A DNA stretch of 64,000 bases from Desulfocapsaceae bacterium. Lineage in GTDB: Bacteria > Desulfobacterota > Desulfobulbia > Desulfobulbales > Desulfocapsaceae. Below are positions 11,802-20,506 of the stretch, one piece after another. Both the position numbers and the translations under genes were made by a program. The notes beneath the pieces are model-generated. The model was not told the DNA's origin and did not search any database. It saw nothing but the letters and a program-made list of their open reading frames with translations. How positions within the stretch are numbered: the first letter of the stretch is position 1; each line of letters opens with the position of its first letter. Location of the stretch: the NCBI GenBank assembly GCA_050288305.1, contig JBNKDO010000059.1:10747-74746 (forward strand), read 5' to 3'.

Positions 11802-13658
11802 TCAAGACGCTTCCTTCTTCCTCTCAAGCTCATCCCAACGGCTGTAGAGATCCTCAACCTCTTGTTTCACTTTCTCAAGTTTCTGCCAGCACTCAGCAAG
11901 CTTCTCTGGATCAGATGCGCAGGCCGGGCTGGCAATCTGCTCTTCGAGTTGTTCCTGGTGAATTTCGGCAGCTTCTATTTTTTCTTCCAGCTGGTCATAT
12001 TCCCGCTGATCAAGATACGACAGCCTGCCGGCCTTGGGTCGGTTTTTTGACACTTTGGCACTGGAAGATGAATCCTTCAATGAGTTTTTCTGACTATCGT
12101 CGTCAAGGCTTTCTGATGTTGAGCTAAGTTTATTAAGCCATTGATGATAGTCGGCATAAAAAGCGACTCCACCGGCACCATCAAATCCCAGCACGCTGTC
12201 ACACACTCTGTCGAGCAAAAAACGATCGTGAGTAACCAGCACCAACGCACCGTCAAATTCAGCCAAACTCTCTTCGAGCACATCCAGGGAGCTAATATCG
12301 AGATCATTCGTTGGTTCATCAAGAAGGAGAATATCAGCAGGCTGAAGCATCAATGAAGCGATGAGAATACGGGCCTGTTCCCCACCCGACAACTCCTTTA
12401 CCGGCGTTTCCAGTTGATCGACCTTAAAGAGAAAACGTTTTGCCCAGGAGACAACATGGAGAGACCTGCCTTGAAAGACCACCGAATCACCTTCGGGAGC
12501 CAGAGCTCTACGCAGTGTCAACGAAGTATCGAGCATGGCTCGTTTTTGGTCAAAATGTACAATTTTAACATTCTGAGCTGTCTTTATGGAACCGCTGTCC
12601 AGTCCTTTAACTCCGTCATCACCAGCGGCTAAAATCTCCATCAGCGTTGATTTACCGCAGCCGTTTCTACCCAAGAGACCAAGCCTTGTACCAGGTGTGA
12701 GGGTAATATCAAGGTCATTGAAAAGTAATTTCTCCGGGTATGACTTGGTTAACTTTGTTGCCTCGATCAGTTTTTTTGTTTTCCTTCCCGTCCCGCCAAA
12801 CTCGATATCAACTTGAGAAATCGAGTTGTTTCTTGTACGAATCTGGGCAAGCTCTCCCTGAAGGCGATGTGCTTCATCTATGCGATACCGTGCTTTGGTA
12901 GTTCGCGCCTTTGGACCTCGTCCGAGCCATTCATTTTCACGTCTCACCTTATTACTGAGACGGGTTTCCAACTCCATCTGCTGCTGCAGATAGATCTCAC
13001 GTTTCTCAAGAAAAGATGTGTACGTCCCATCAACCTGCAATGAGCCCTCTGGATAAACCGAAGAAAGTTCAACCATTCTGTTGGTACAATTTTCCAGGAA
13101 CTGCCGATCATGACTCACCAGCAGAAACGCTGAAGGTCCATCCGTCAGCCCGCCCAGGATGAGATTCTCAAGCCAGACGATGCCTTCGATATCTAAATGA
13201 TTGGTCGGTTCGTCAAGCACCAGCAAATCAGGACCGGCCAACAAAGCACGGCAGATTGCCAGGCGTTTCCGCCAGCCACCGGAGAGGAGTTTCACCGGTT
13301 GATCGTCTTGGCCAAATTCAGCTCTGCTAAGCAGCTCGGATACTCTATTGTGCTTCTCCACTTCGTCAAAATCTTGACCCGACAGTGAATTATAGAGATT
13401 ATCTGCCGTACTCAGCTCATCGTCAAAATAATCTGTCTGGGCGAGATATCCTATTTTAACATGTTTGCGAACCGTGACTGAACCCTCGTCGCTATCCTCA
13501 AACCCGCAGATAATCTTTAACAACGTCGATTTTCCGGAACCATTAGGTCCCACAAGACCTATTCTGTCACCAGAATGGATAACAAGACTTACCCCCTTAA
13601 ACAGGGTCTGAGCGCCAAAGGACTTGGCAAGAAAATTGCAGGCAATAATATTTGACAT
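11802..13658 (-). CDS. ABC-F family ATPase (Uup-like, with a C-terminal coiled coil)
   Basis: Two Walker A motifs (GPNGSGKST, GRNGCGKST), two LSGG signatures, no transmembrane segments and an acidic coiled-coil tail. Confidence 0.9.
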   Translation of the reverse strand: MSNIIACNFLAKSFGAQTLFKGVSLVIHSGDRIGLVGPNGSGKSTLLKIICGFEDSDEGSVTVRKHVKIGYLAQTDYFDDELSTADNLYNSLSGQDFDEVEKHNRVSELLSRAEFGQDDQPVKLLSGGWRKRLAICRALLAGPDLLVLDEPTNHLDIEGIVWLENLILGGLTDGPSAFLLVSHDRQFLENCTNRMVELSSVYPEGSLQVDGTYTSFLEKREIYLQQQMELETRLSNKVRRENEWLGRGPKARTTKARYRIDEAHRLQGELAQIRTRNNSISQVDIEFGGTGRKTKKLIEATKLTKSYPEKLLFNDLDITLTPGTRLGLLGRNGCGKSTLMEILAAGDDGVKGLDSGSIKTAQNVKIVHFDQKRAMLDTSLTLRRALAPEGDSVVFQGRSLHVVSWAKRFLFKVDQLETPVKELSGGEQARILIASLMLQPADILLLDEPTNDLDISSLDVLEESLAEFDGALVLVTHDRFLLDRVCDSVLGFDGAGGVAFYADYHQWLNKLSSTSESLDDDSQKNSLKDSSSSAKVSKNRPKAGRLSYLDQREYDQLEEKIEAAEIHQEQLEEQIASPACASDPEKLAECWQKLEKVKQEVEDLYSRWDELERKKEAS

Positions 13659-13931
13659 ACAAATTCAGGTGTTTGAGAAGCAGTTAGTTTGTGTTGAAAT
13701 ACCCAGACATTGCCAACAAAAACTGGGTAAAAACGAGTAAATTCGGAACGATAGCCTGAAACATTTCAGCGTCAAGCTTTCGTCAGCCCCTTTACGGTTG
13801 ATTTTTAAATTATTTGCCTGTATACATATTTGTAATCGGAGCGTCTGTTTTGGTTATTTTACGCGTATTTGACTTCGTAATAAGCAGACAGCATAAACGC
13901 CATTTTATACAACCAATTGAAACAAACTGCA

Positions 13932-15053
13932 ATGAGTGAACACTTTCATATCATTATCGCTGGCGATCAGCGTAGGCCCATTTCCATCAGGATATCCAAA
14001 GTCAACGTAATCGTAACGGCGATAACACTCTTTATTATTGCTTCAGCGCTTTTCTCCACTGGCTTTTTCACCACAGGTCTCTATGCTCAAAACAAGCTCA
14101 TGGCAAGAAGCACCGCCTTAGCCAAAGAAAAAATGCAGGACGCTTTGGCAGTCAAAACGAACCTGGAAGAACAGCTTGAACAAAAAGTGCAGGATAGCGA
14201 AAAAATGGTTGATGCCCTCAAATATCAATATATTCAGCGGATCTCCAAGATTGAAGAGGAGCACTTTCTTTCAATTGAGCATCACCGAAATAAAATTGCA
14301 GCATTAGCACAAGAAAATGCCGAACAGATCTCTCAACTCGAGAGTCAACACGCTACTCAGGTTGCCCTGCTCGAAGAGGAAAATCTGCAACAGAGCCTTG
14401 CCTTTAAAGAAGAAAAAGACCTGCTGATTTCTACCGCGGTAAGTCAATTAAATGCCCGTAGCAAATTCATAGAAGATGTCATAACTGACATTGGCATAGA
14501 TATACGCCCTCCGGTCATAAAGCAATCTTCCAAAAACAAGGGTGGTCCTTTTATTGCTGCAGAAGACAGTACCTACGACGAATTGCTGTATCGAGCAGAC
14601 AATTACATAGAGAAAATGCAAACCCTCCCCCTGGGCAAACCTGTTAAGGGATCGGTCTCTTCCTGGTTTGGCAAACGTATAGATCCGCTCAATAGGAAGG
14701 CAGCGTTTCACGAAGGAATTGATTTCCGCGGGAGAACCGGTGATCCCGTTATCGCAACGGCGGATGGCAAAGTTATCTATGCTGCTAGAAACGGTGGATA
14801 CGGCAACTTTATTAAAATTTCTCATGGCGGCGGCTACACCACCAGCTATGGTCATCTGAGTAAATTTAATGTTCATTCCGGCGATCATGTGACCAGAGGG
14901 CAGGTTATTGGCCTGGTAGGCAATTCAGGTCGCTCGACAGGGTCTCACCTCCATTACGAAGTCAACCATAAAGGCAGACCGATAAATCCATCAAAATTCA
15001 TGAAAGTTGCGAATCTAACCTGCTCATTCAATACGCCATCGGAGAAAAAATAA
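13932..15053 (+). CDS. M23/LytM family metallopeptidase with N-terminal TM segment and coiled coil
   Basis: FHEGIDF...GNSGRSTGSHLHYEV are the M23 zinc-site motifs. I prefer the ATG at 13932 over the TTG at 13917. Confidence 0.85.
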   Translation: MSEHFHIIIAGDQRRPISIRISKVNVIVTAITLFIIASALFSTGFFTTGLYAQNKLMARSTALAKEKMQDALAVKTNLEEQLEQKVQDSEKMVDALKYQYIQRISKIEEEHFLSIEHHRNKIAALAQENAEQISQLESQHATQVALLEEENLQQSLAFKEEKDLLISTAVSQLNARSKFIEDVITDIGIDIRPPVIKQSSKNKGGPFIAAEDSTYDELLYRADNYIEKMQTLPLGKPVKGSVSSWFGKRIDPLNRKAAFHEGIDFRGRTGDPVIATADGKVIYAARNGGYGNFIKISHGGGYTTSYGHLSKFNVHSGDHVTRGQVIGLVGNSGRSTGSHLHYEVNHKGRPINPSKFMKVANLTCSFNTPSEKK

Positions 15054-15517
15054 TGTTTTCCAAGAAGGAAGCGCTGGAAAAGGAAATTGAGAAAGTTGAA
15101 GGTGAGGCTATTTCCTCTATTATTGATGCCAGCATGTCTATTACTGGCGAGATTACCTTTAAAGGAAAAACCCGCATTGACGGTGAAATCAACGGCAATG
15201 TCACAGGTGAGCATTTAATTCTCAGCAAAGATGGGAAAATCACCGGTGACGTGCGAGTCACCTCCTTCATATGCCAGGGCGCATTTACCGGCAATATTGA
15301 AACGAAAATTCTCACGGCCAGAAAGGGTTCTTCTATTAACGGTAAAATAAAAGCGGGTAACCTGACCGTTGAACCAGGGGCAAGCCTGGATGGTGAAATC
15401 AAAGCCGCAACGAAGGATATAAATTCATCCAGTTCCAGCAACACAAAGGTGAGCACTCCCCTTCAAGTTCCTCCCAAGAGTGAAACAAAACCAAGCATCA
15501 GTATAGACAACAAATAG
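15053..15517 (+). CDS. Bactofilin
   Basis: Repetitive beta-helix pattern (ITGEITFKGKTRIDGEINGNVTGEHLIL...ITGDVRV...FTGNIET...INGKIKAGNLTV). The ATG overlaps the M23 stop (TAATG). Confidence 0.85.
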   Translation: MFSKKEALEKEIEKVEGEAISSIIDASMSITGEITFKGKTRIDGEINGNVTGEHLILSKDGKITGDVRVTSFICQGAFTGNIETKILTARKGSSINGKIKAGNLTVEPGASLDGEIKAATKDINSSSSSNTKVSTPLQVPPKSETKPSISIDNK

Positions 15518-15544
15518 TCTAGGCCCTCTTCCAATTAGCATTTA

Positions 15545-15787
15545 ATGGTAGCAAAACCAACAAAAATAGTTAACCGGCTTAGCTGCCCATATTGTGATAA
15601 TGACAGCGATTTTTTTGAAGTTGCGGAAGATGCACTCATTACTACATACTATGGCCAGAATCAGGACGGCAGCTTTACCGCCAACGATCAAACTTCAGAA
15701 ATCATGGGAAATGTCCGCCTCTATTGCGGCAGTTGTGGTGAAAACCTTGATGAATTCCACGAACGATTTCGCGAGATGATATTTTGA
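15545..15787 (+). CDS. Small zinc-ribbon protein (80 aa)
   Basis: CPYC...(42 aa)...CGSC. It starts 27 nt after bactofilin and overlaps the next gene by 4 nt. There is no clear Shine-Dalgarno sequence. Confidence 0.5.
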   Translation: MVAKPTKIVNRLSCPYCDNDSDFFEVAEDALITTYYGQNQDGSFTANDQTSEIMGNVRLYCGSCGENLDEFHERFREMIF

Positions 15788-16560
15788 GCAGAGTTCCCCG
15801 CATTATACGCGATAAAGCAACTCTACTCTCCCAATTTAACACACTTTGCCGCGGCGATATTGTCTGCGGCATTCTTCCTTTGAAGTATGGTGAAGAACAT
15901 CTCCTTTTTGACCTGGTGGCACGAGGGATTCAATTCACACCCTCGGCAACAGCACAGATTGCCAGTAAATCAAAAGCCTTCCAGGCTGCTATCCTCCAAC
16001 CCTGGATGGTGCCAACAACCACAGTAATCTACAACTCCCATCAGCTTCTTGAAACAACCAACACCTATAACCGCAAGAATATAGAAAAAGTTGTTCTGAA
16101 ACAGGATAGAAAAAATGCAGGGATGGGAATATTACTCTATCGCTCCATTGAAGATATCTACACCCAGGCAGCAAACGGCGTACTTTCATACCCCATTGTT
16201 ATTCAGCCTTATGTGGAACAAAGCAGCGATATGCGGGTTATTATCGTGGGTGACTATATGGAAGCATATAGCCGCTTTAACCCCGATAACTTTCGCAACA
16301 ATCTTCATTGCGGGGGAAGCGCCAAACCATGTTCAATCTCAGAAGAGATCCTTATGTTTTGTACAGAAGTGATGAATAGGGGCGATTTCCCTTATGCACA
16401 TCTTGATCTTATGCTCACCTCCGAGGGAGTACTGTATCTTGCGGAAATTAATCTGCGCGGAGGTTTGCATGGAGCGCAGATATCAAGCGAAGAATACAAG
16501 AACAGAAGAGTCAATATTGAGAATTCGCTTGTCGAAAGGTTGGCCAAACACACTCTCTGA
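15784..16560 (+). CDS. RimK-like ATP-grasp ligase (short form, 258 aa)
   Basis: KQDRKNAGMGILL, VIQPYVE..DMRVIIVGD, RNNLHCGGSA and LAEINLRGGL match RimK-type ATP-grasp motifs. The TTG start overlaps the upstream stop (TTGA). Confidence 0.75.
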   Translation: MSRVPRIIRDKATLLSQFNTLCRGDIVCGILPLKYGEEHLLFDLVARGIQFTPSATAQIASKSKAFQAAILQPWMVPTTTVIYNSHQLLETTNTYNRKNIEKVVLKQDRKNAGMGILLYRSIEDIYTQAANGVLSYPIVIQPYVEQSSDMRVIIVGDYMEAYSRFNPDNFRNNLHCGGSAKPCSISEEILMFCTEVMNRGDFPYAHLDLMLTSEGVLYLAEINLRGGLHGAQISSEEYKNRRVNIENSLVERLAKHTL

Positions 16561-16589
16561 TATTACCGTCGAAATCATCGTAAATACAA

Positions 16590-16628
16590 AAAGGCAGATT
16601 ACCATAATGGTAACCCGCCTTTTTTATC
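16590..16628 (+). terminator. Imperfect hairpin plus T-run after the ATP-grasp operon
   Basis: ggcagattacca/tggtaacccgcc (two mismatches) followed by TTTTTT. An A-run on the 5' side means it could act bidirectionally for dsrC. Confidence 0.45.
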
Positions 16629-16744
16629 TCATGCCTGGCGTATTTCAGGATGTAGAAAACTGTTCCAGAATTCTTCGAATACTGCCAGAAACTTACTGAA
16701 TTGCTTCCCCAGAAATTAATTGGGGAGAATTTCAGAAATTTTAC

Positions 16745-17065
16745 TTATACACAACCGGTAGGCTTTGGAAGGCCAGCCATTTTACAAGCTCCCTTACCTG
16801 GTCCTGATGGGAACAGCTCATAGATTCGCTTGAGCGGGAAACCGGTGGTTTTAGAAAGAATACGTACCATAGGAGCGATACCATTCTTCTTGTAGTATTC
16901 CTGAAGAGCATCGATTACTTTCTGGTGTTCTTCTGTGATCTCGGCAATACCTTCAACACCTTTTACATAATCAATCCAATCGTCATTGAACTCCTCCATT
17001 CCTTTCAGCAGGAAACCATCTTCGTCTACTGTGAAGGACGATCCGTTGTGTTCTAATGTTGGCAT
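16745..17065 (-). CDS. dsrC: DsrC (dissimilatory sulfite reductase-associated sulfur carrier)
   Basis: 106 aa ending ...GACKMAGLPKPTGCV. This carries both conserved cysteines (C94 and the penultimate C105) on the flexible arm. An AGGAGG Shine-Dalgarno sequence is present. Confidence 0.9.
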   Translation of the reverse strand: MPTLEHNGSSFTVDEDGFLLKGMEEFNDDWIDYVKGVEGIAEITEEHQKVIDALQEYYKKNGIAPMVRILSKTTGFPLKRIYELFPSGPGKGACKMAGLPKPTGCV

Positions 17066-17587
17066 TTTACAACCTCCTTTAAATTTATTCTATATGGCTT
17101 TCACCGTTATTAAGTCAAACTGAAAAAACTAATTAGGCTTATTACTATAGCCAGAATCGTTTGTCAAGTGAATGACGAATCATTTTATTTACTGGCCGTA
17201 TGTCGCCGTTTTTTATCAATATATTTATTGACTGATTACGGTTGAAAAAATCGGATTTTTCATCGATCCTTTAAAATATTCCACTGCTCATCATCTCCCA
17301 CGCATCCAGTACTGTCTCGTAGGTTTTAGGAAGCGTCATCTTGAGAGCGAAAACTCCTTATTCTCCTAACAAAGATACATGTTCTGGCACGCAAAAACAA
17401 CCAAAGTTTGCCAAGATTGACTCCTCCTTTCAGGAAAATTCGATTTTTCCTTGCACTCGATAATCATAAAGAGTAAATCCAATTCCTGTTACTGTAGGTG
17501 TTATGTGAGCATACAAACTTTGCATATGCACATATTCCACTTTTCATTCTATTCTGAAAATCTCAAATTACATTAAGAGTATTTTTT

Positions 17588-19492
17588 ATGCTGCAAATTC
17601 TCCGAAACAAAGCTCAGTCAATTGTCATTCAAGCAGTTGTCGTTATCATCGCCCTGGTCTTCATTTTCTGGGGAGTCGGCCCTAATCTGATGAACAGTCG
17701 TGAGGCCGCAATTGTTGTTAATGGCGAAGAAATCACTTTTGAGAATTTTCAATCGGCCTACGACCGCACCTATAACAATGTCCGTGAACAGTTTGGTGGA
17801 AATGTTCCCCAGGGACTTCTTGAAAGTCTCGGCATAAAAAACCAGGTGGTCAACCAGCTCATCCAGGATGCTCTCCTGCGGCAGGGAGCAGAAGAGATGG
17901 GCATCGTCATCAGTAAGGAAGAAATCGGCGAAACCATAAAAGACATGGTTCAGTTCCAGGAAAATGGCTCTTTCAGCATGGACAAATATACTTCTTTGCT
18001 TGCTCTTAACGGCTATTCTATTTCGAAATTTGAGGAAAAAGTAAAACGAGACATGCTGGCTCAAAAAGTGCGTCTTGACATCGGAAAGTTCGCTACCACA
18101 GCAACTGAATATGAAATAGAAGACCTCAATCGCCTGGAAAATTCGACGGTTGCTGTTAATTATGTGCAGATTACCGGGAAAGAATTTGAAGATACAGTTG
18201 CCGTGGATAATGACGAAGTTGAAAAATGGTATGAAACCGTTAAAGAAAACTATAAAACGGCCCCTAAGGTTCAACTTAAATATCTTGACTTCAGTTATGC
18301 AACAGTTGGTGAAAAAATCGCTGTTGACGATGATGCTGCCAAAAAATATTACGACGAGCACCTGGACGAATTTACGGAAAAGGAAAAACGCCAGGCCAGA
18401 CATATTCTTTTCAGAGCTGACGAGAACAGTACTCCAGAGGTTCATGAGCAGCAACGTCAAAAAGCACTTGACGTTCTTGCCCTGGCCAAAGAGGGAAAAG
18501 ACTTCGCCCAACTCGCCAAAGAATACTCGGAGGGGCCATCCAAAAGCCGGGGTGGAGATCTTGGACAGTTTTCACGTGGCCAGATGGTCCCATCTTTTGA
18601 TGATGCAGTTTTTTCTCTAAAATCGAATGAGATGAGTGATGTTGTAAAAACTCCATTCGGCTATCACATTATCAAAGTAGAGCAAATAATTCCGCAATCA
18701 ACAACACCCTTCGCAGAGGCAAAGGACAAAATTGTGGCCTCACTACAGAATCGGGAAGCCAAAACGCTTGCTTTTCAAATGGCCAACGAGGCGTATGAGG
18801 GCATTATCAGTGCTGGCAGTCTCCAGGCCTACCTTGAGGCAACCCCCACTGTTCCTCTCAAGGAAACTCCGTTTTTCTCAAGATCAAACCCACCCAAGGA
18901 TATCGGAAATGACCAGAAATTCCTGAATGCAGCATTTTCCTTGAAAGAAAAAGAGATAAGCTCTCTCATCGAAACATCGGCCGGTTATGCAATTCTTTTT
19001 GCCGAGGCTATAAAGAATCCAGAAGTTCCGCCATTTTCTGAGGTTTCTGAAAAAGTAACCGCAGATTACCGGAAAGACAAAGCCGTCAAGACAGCAAAGG
19101 AAGTGGCGACCAACCTCCTGCAGCAGGCAAAGGAGAAAAACAGCCTGAAGGATCCCGCTTCGGAGGCAGGTCTTGAAATGAAGACCACCGATTATCTCGG
19201 CAAAAACAAACCTGATACAAATTTACCGCAAAGCATGGTTGAAGCTGCCTTCAACCTTTCAGCAAACGCGAAATATCCAGACGAACCACTCGCAGAAAAC
19301 GAATCCTTCTACATCTATGAGTTTGTTGATAGAAAAATACCTGCGGGTAATCTTAGCGAGGAAGAAAAGCAACGTTATCGAAATGCCATCATCCAACGAA
19401 AACAGCAGCAGATCCTTTCGGGATGGCTGGATAACAGTCGTCAGGAGGCCAAAGTACTCGTTCATAAAACCCTACAGTCAAGCGATGCCTAA
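17588..19492 (+). CDS. ppiD: PpiD-like periplasmic chaperone / parvulin-type peptidyl-prolyl isomerase
   Basis: N-terminal TM anchor, a SurA-N-like region and a parvulin core (ARHILF...[21 protein letters not shown]...PFGYHIIKV). Confidence 0.85.
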   Translation: MLQILRNKAQSIVIQAVVVIIALVFIFWGVGPNLMNSREAAIVVNGEEITFENFQSAYDRTYNNVREQFGGNVPQGLLESLGIKNQVVNQLIQDALLRQGAEEMGIVISKEEIGETIKDMVQFQENGSFSMDKYTSLLALNGYSISKFEEKVKRDMLAQKVRLDIGKFATTATEYEIEDLNRLENSTVAVNYVQITGKEFEDTVAVDNDEVEKWYETVKENYKTAPKVQLKYLDFSYATVGEKIAVDDDAAKKYYDEHLDEFTEKEKRQARHILFRADENSTPEVHEQQRQKALDVLALAKEGKDFAQLAKEYSEGPSKSRGGDLGQFSRGQMVPSFDDAVFSLKSNEMSDVVKTPFGYHIIKVEQIIPQSTTPFAEAKDKIVASLQNREAKTLAFQMANEAYEGIISAGSLQAYLEATPTVPLKETPFFSRSNPPKDIGNDQKFLNAAFSLKEKEISSLIETSAGYAILFAEAIKNPEVPPFSEVSEKVTADYRKDKAVKTAKEVATNLLQQAKEKNSLKDPASEAGLEMKTTDYLGKNKPDTNLPQSMVEAAFNLSANAKYPDEPLAENESFYIYEFVDRKIPAGNLSEEEKQRYRNAIIQRKQQQILSGWLDNSRQEAKVLVHKTLQSSDA

Positions 19493-19493
19493 C

Positions 19494-20204
19494 CTAGGTG
19501 TTTTCTGAGCTTTTCCCGTTTCTGGATTCGCTTTTAAGCAGAACTTTACGAATACCTTCATGGGAAAGTTTAATCCCGAATTTTTCCCTGAGCTTGGTAA
19601 CGATATCGCGGTATGACCACCTGTCTGCCCGCCATTTTTTTATCTGACTTATAACTTTCTGCTGCTCAACATCTTTTTTTAAAAATCCGTCCCTCACCCT
19701 CCAGCCAAAAGGTACGGGACCACCAATATATCTGCCCTCTTTTGCCATTTGTCTCTTTGCCGCTTTGATGGATTCACCGTGCTTGCTGCTTTCACAAACA
19801 GCCAGGGCCTTGAGCAGTTTTTGAGTAAACTCGGCTTTGCCCTCGGAGACAACCAGCTTCCTCTCTTCAGGAATAGATAGATTTTCATTAAGATCCTGGC
19901 AATAAAGAGCAACACCTTTCTTTTTAAGTTGCGTTATGAGGTCAAGACCATCCCTTGCCGAGCTGAGCACCCATTCGGCTTTCCCCGCGAGCAGAATATC
20001 TCCTTGGGCCAACTCACCAAGAATTTTCGCCCCCTCCACCCTCTTACCAAAAGGGCGTTTAATCGAAATCCCCTTCTCAACACAGTAAAAATCCACCTTC
20101 ATCCCCAATTGAGCGGCGTACGATTGCAGATCGGTCAGTTGGCGATTCTGGTCAGGAATGGTCGGATCATGCTCCACCTGAAAAATATAGCCCGCAACGG
20201 TCAT
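19494..20204 (-). CDS. Serine-recombinase-like protein with degenerate catalytic motifs
   Basis: Resolvase-like layout plus a recombinase-domain segment (GRYIGGPVPFGWR). The N-terminus reads GYIFQVEHD where YxRVSTxxQ is expected. Confidence 0.7.
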   Translation of the reverse strand: MTVAGYIFQVEHDPTIPDQNRQLTDLQSYAAQLGMKVDFYCVEKGISIKRPFGKRVEGAKILGELAQGDILLAGKAEWVLSSARDGLDLITQLKKKGVALYCQDLNENLSIPEERKLVVSEGKAEFTQKLLKALAVCESSKHGESIKAAKRQMAKEGRYIGGPVPFGWRVRDGFLKKDVEQQKVISQIKKWRADRWSYRDIVTKLREKFGIKLSHEGIRKVLLKSESRNGKSSENT

Positions 20205-20506
20205 GCCCTCTCCTTTCCGAATGGTTTAGCATACTCCTCTGTTCATCATGTTTAGCGGTTATATCTCATTCCTCTTCATATTCAACCGCATTTTATAATA
20301 TTTTCAATAAATTTCGCCCGCTAAACACCTAAAGTGAAAATAACTGGCTCCATATTGAAAGAAAAAAGAAGATGAGCAATAGAAGATTTAGCTTTTGTAA
20401 CTTTTTTGTTCAATTCCAAGACAGACATGCTATAGTAGCATGTTCGGCCCTCGTATTTCCTAGGGAACAATAGAACGTAAAAACAATCTCTCCGATATTA
20501 TACATT

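Noticed and set aside
15028-15456. 142-aa minus-strand ORF
   Set aside because: It is antisense to the bactofilin gene, and the repetitive beta-helix coding sequence keeps the opposite frame open.
17384-17412. TGGCACG resembling a sigma-54 -24 box in the dsrC/ppiD spacer
   Set aside because: The nearest TTGC lies 17 nt downstream of the TGGCAC hexamer, well beyond the consensus N5 spacing, so there is no -12 element in register.
17618-18511. 297-aa minus-strand ORF
   Set aside because: It lies wholly inside ppiD. The product is a low-complexity F/I/N-rich mirror of the K/E-rich ppiD coding strand, which is a typical shadow ORF.
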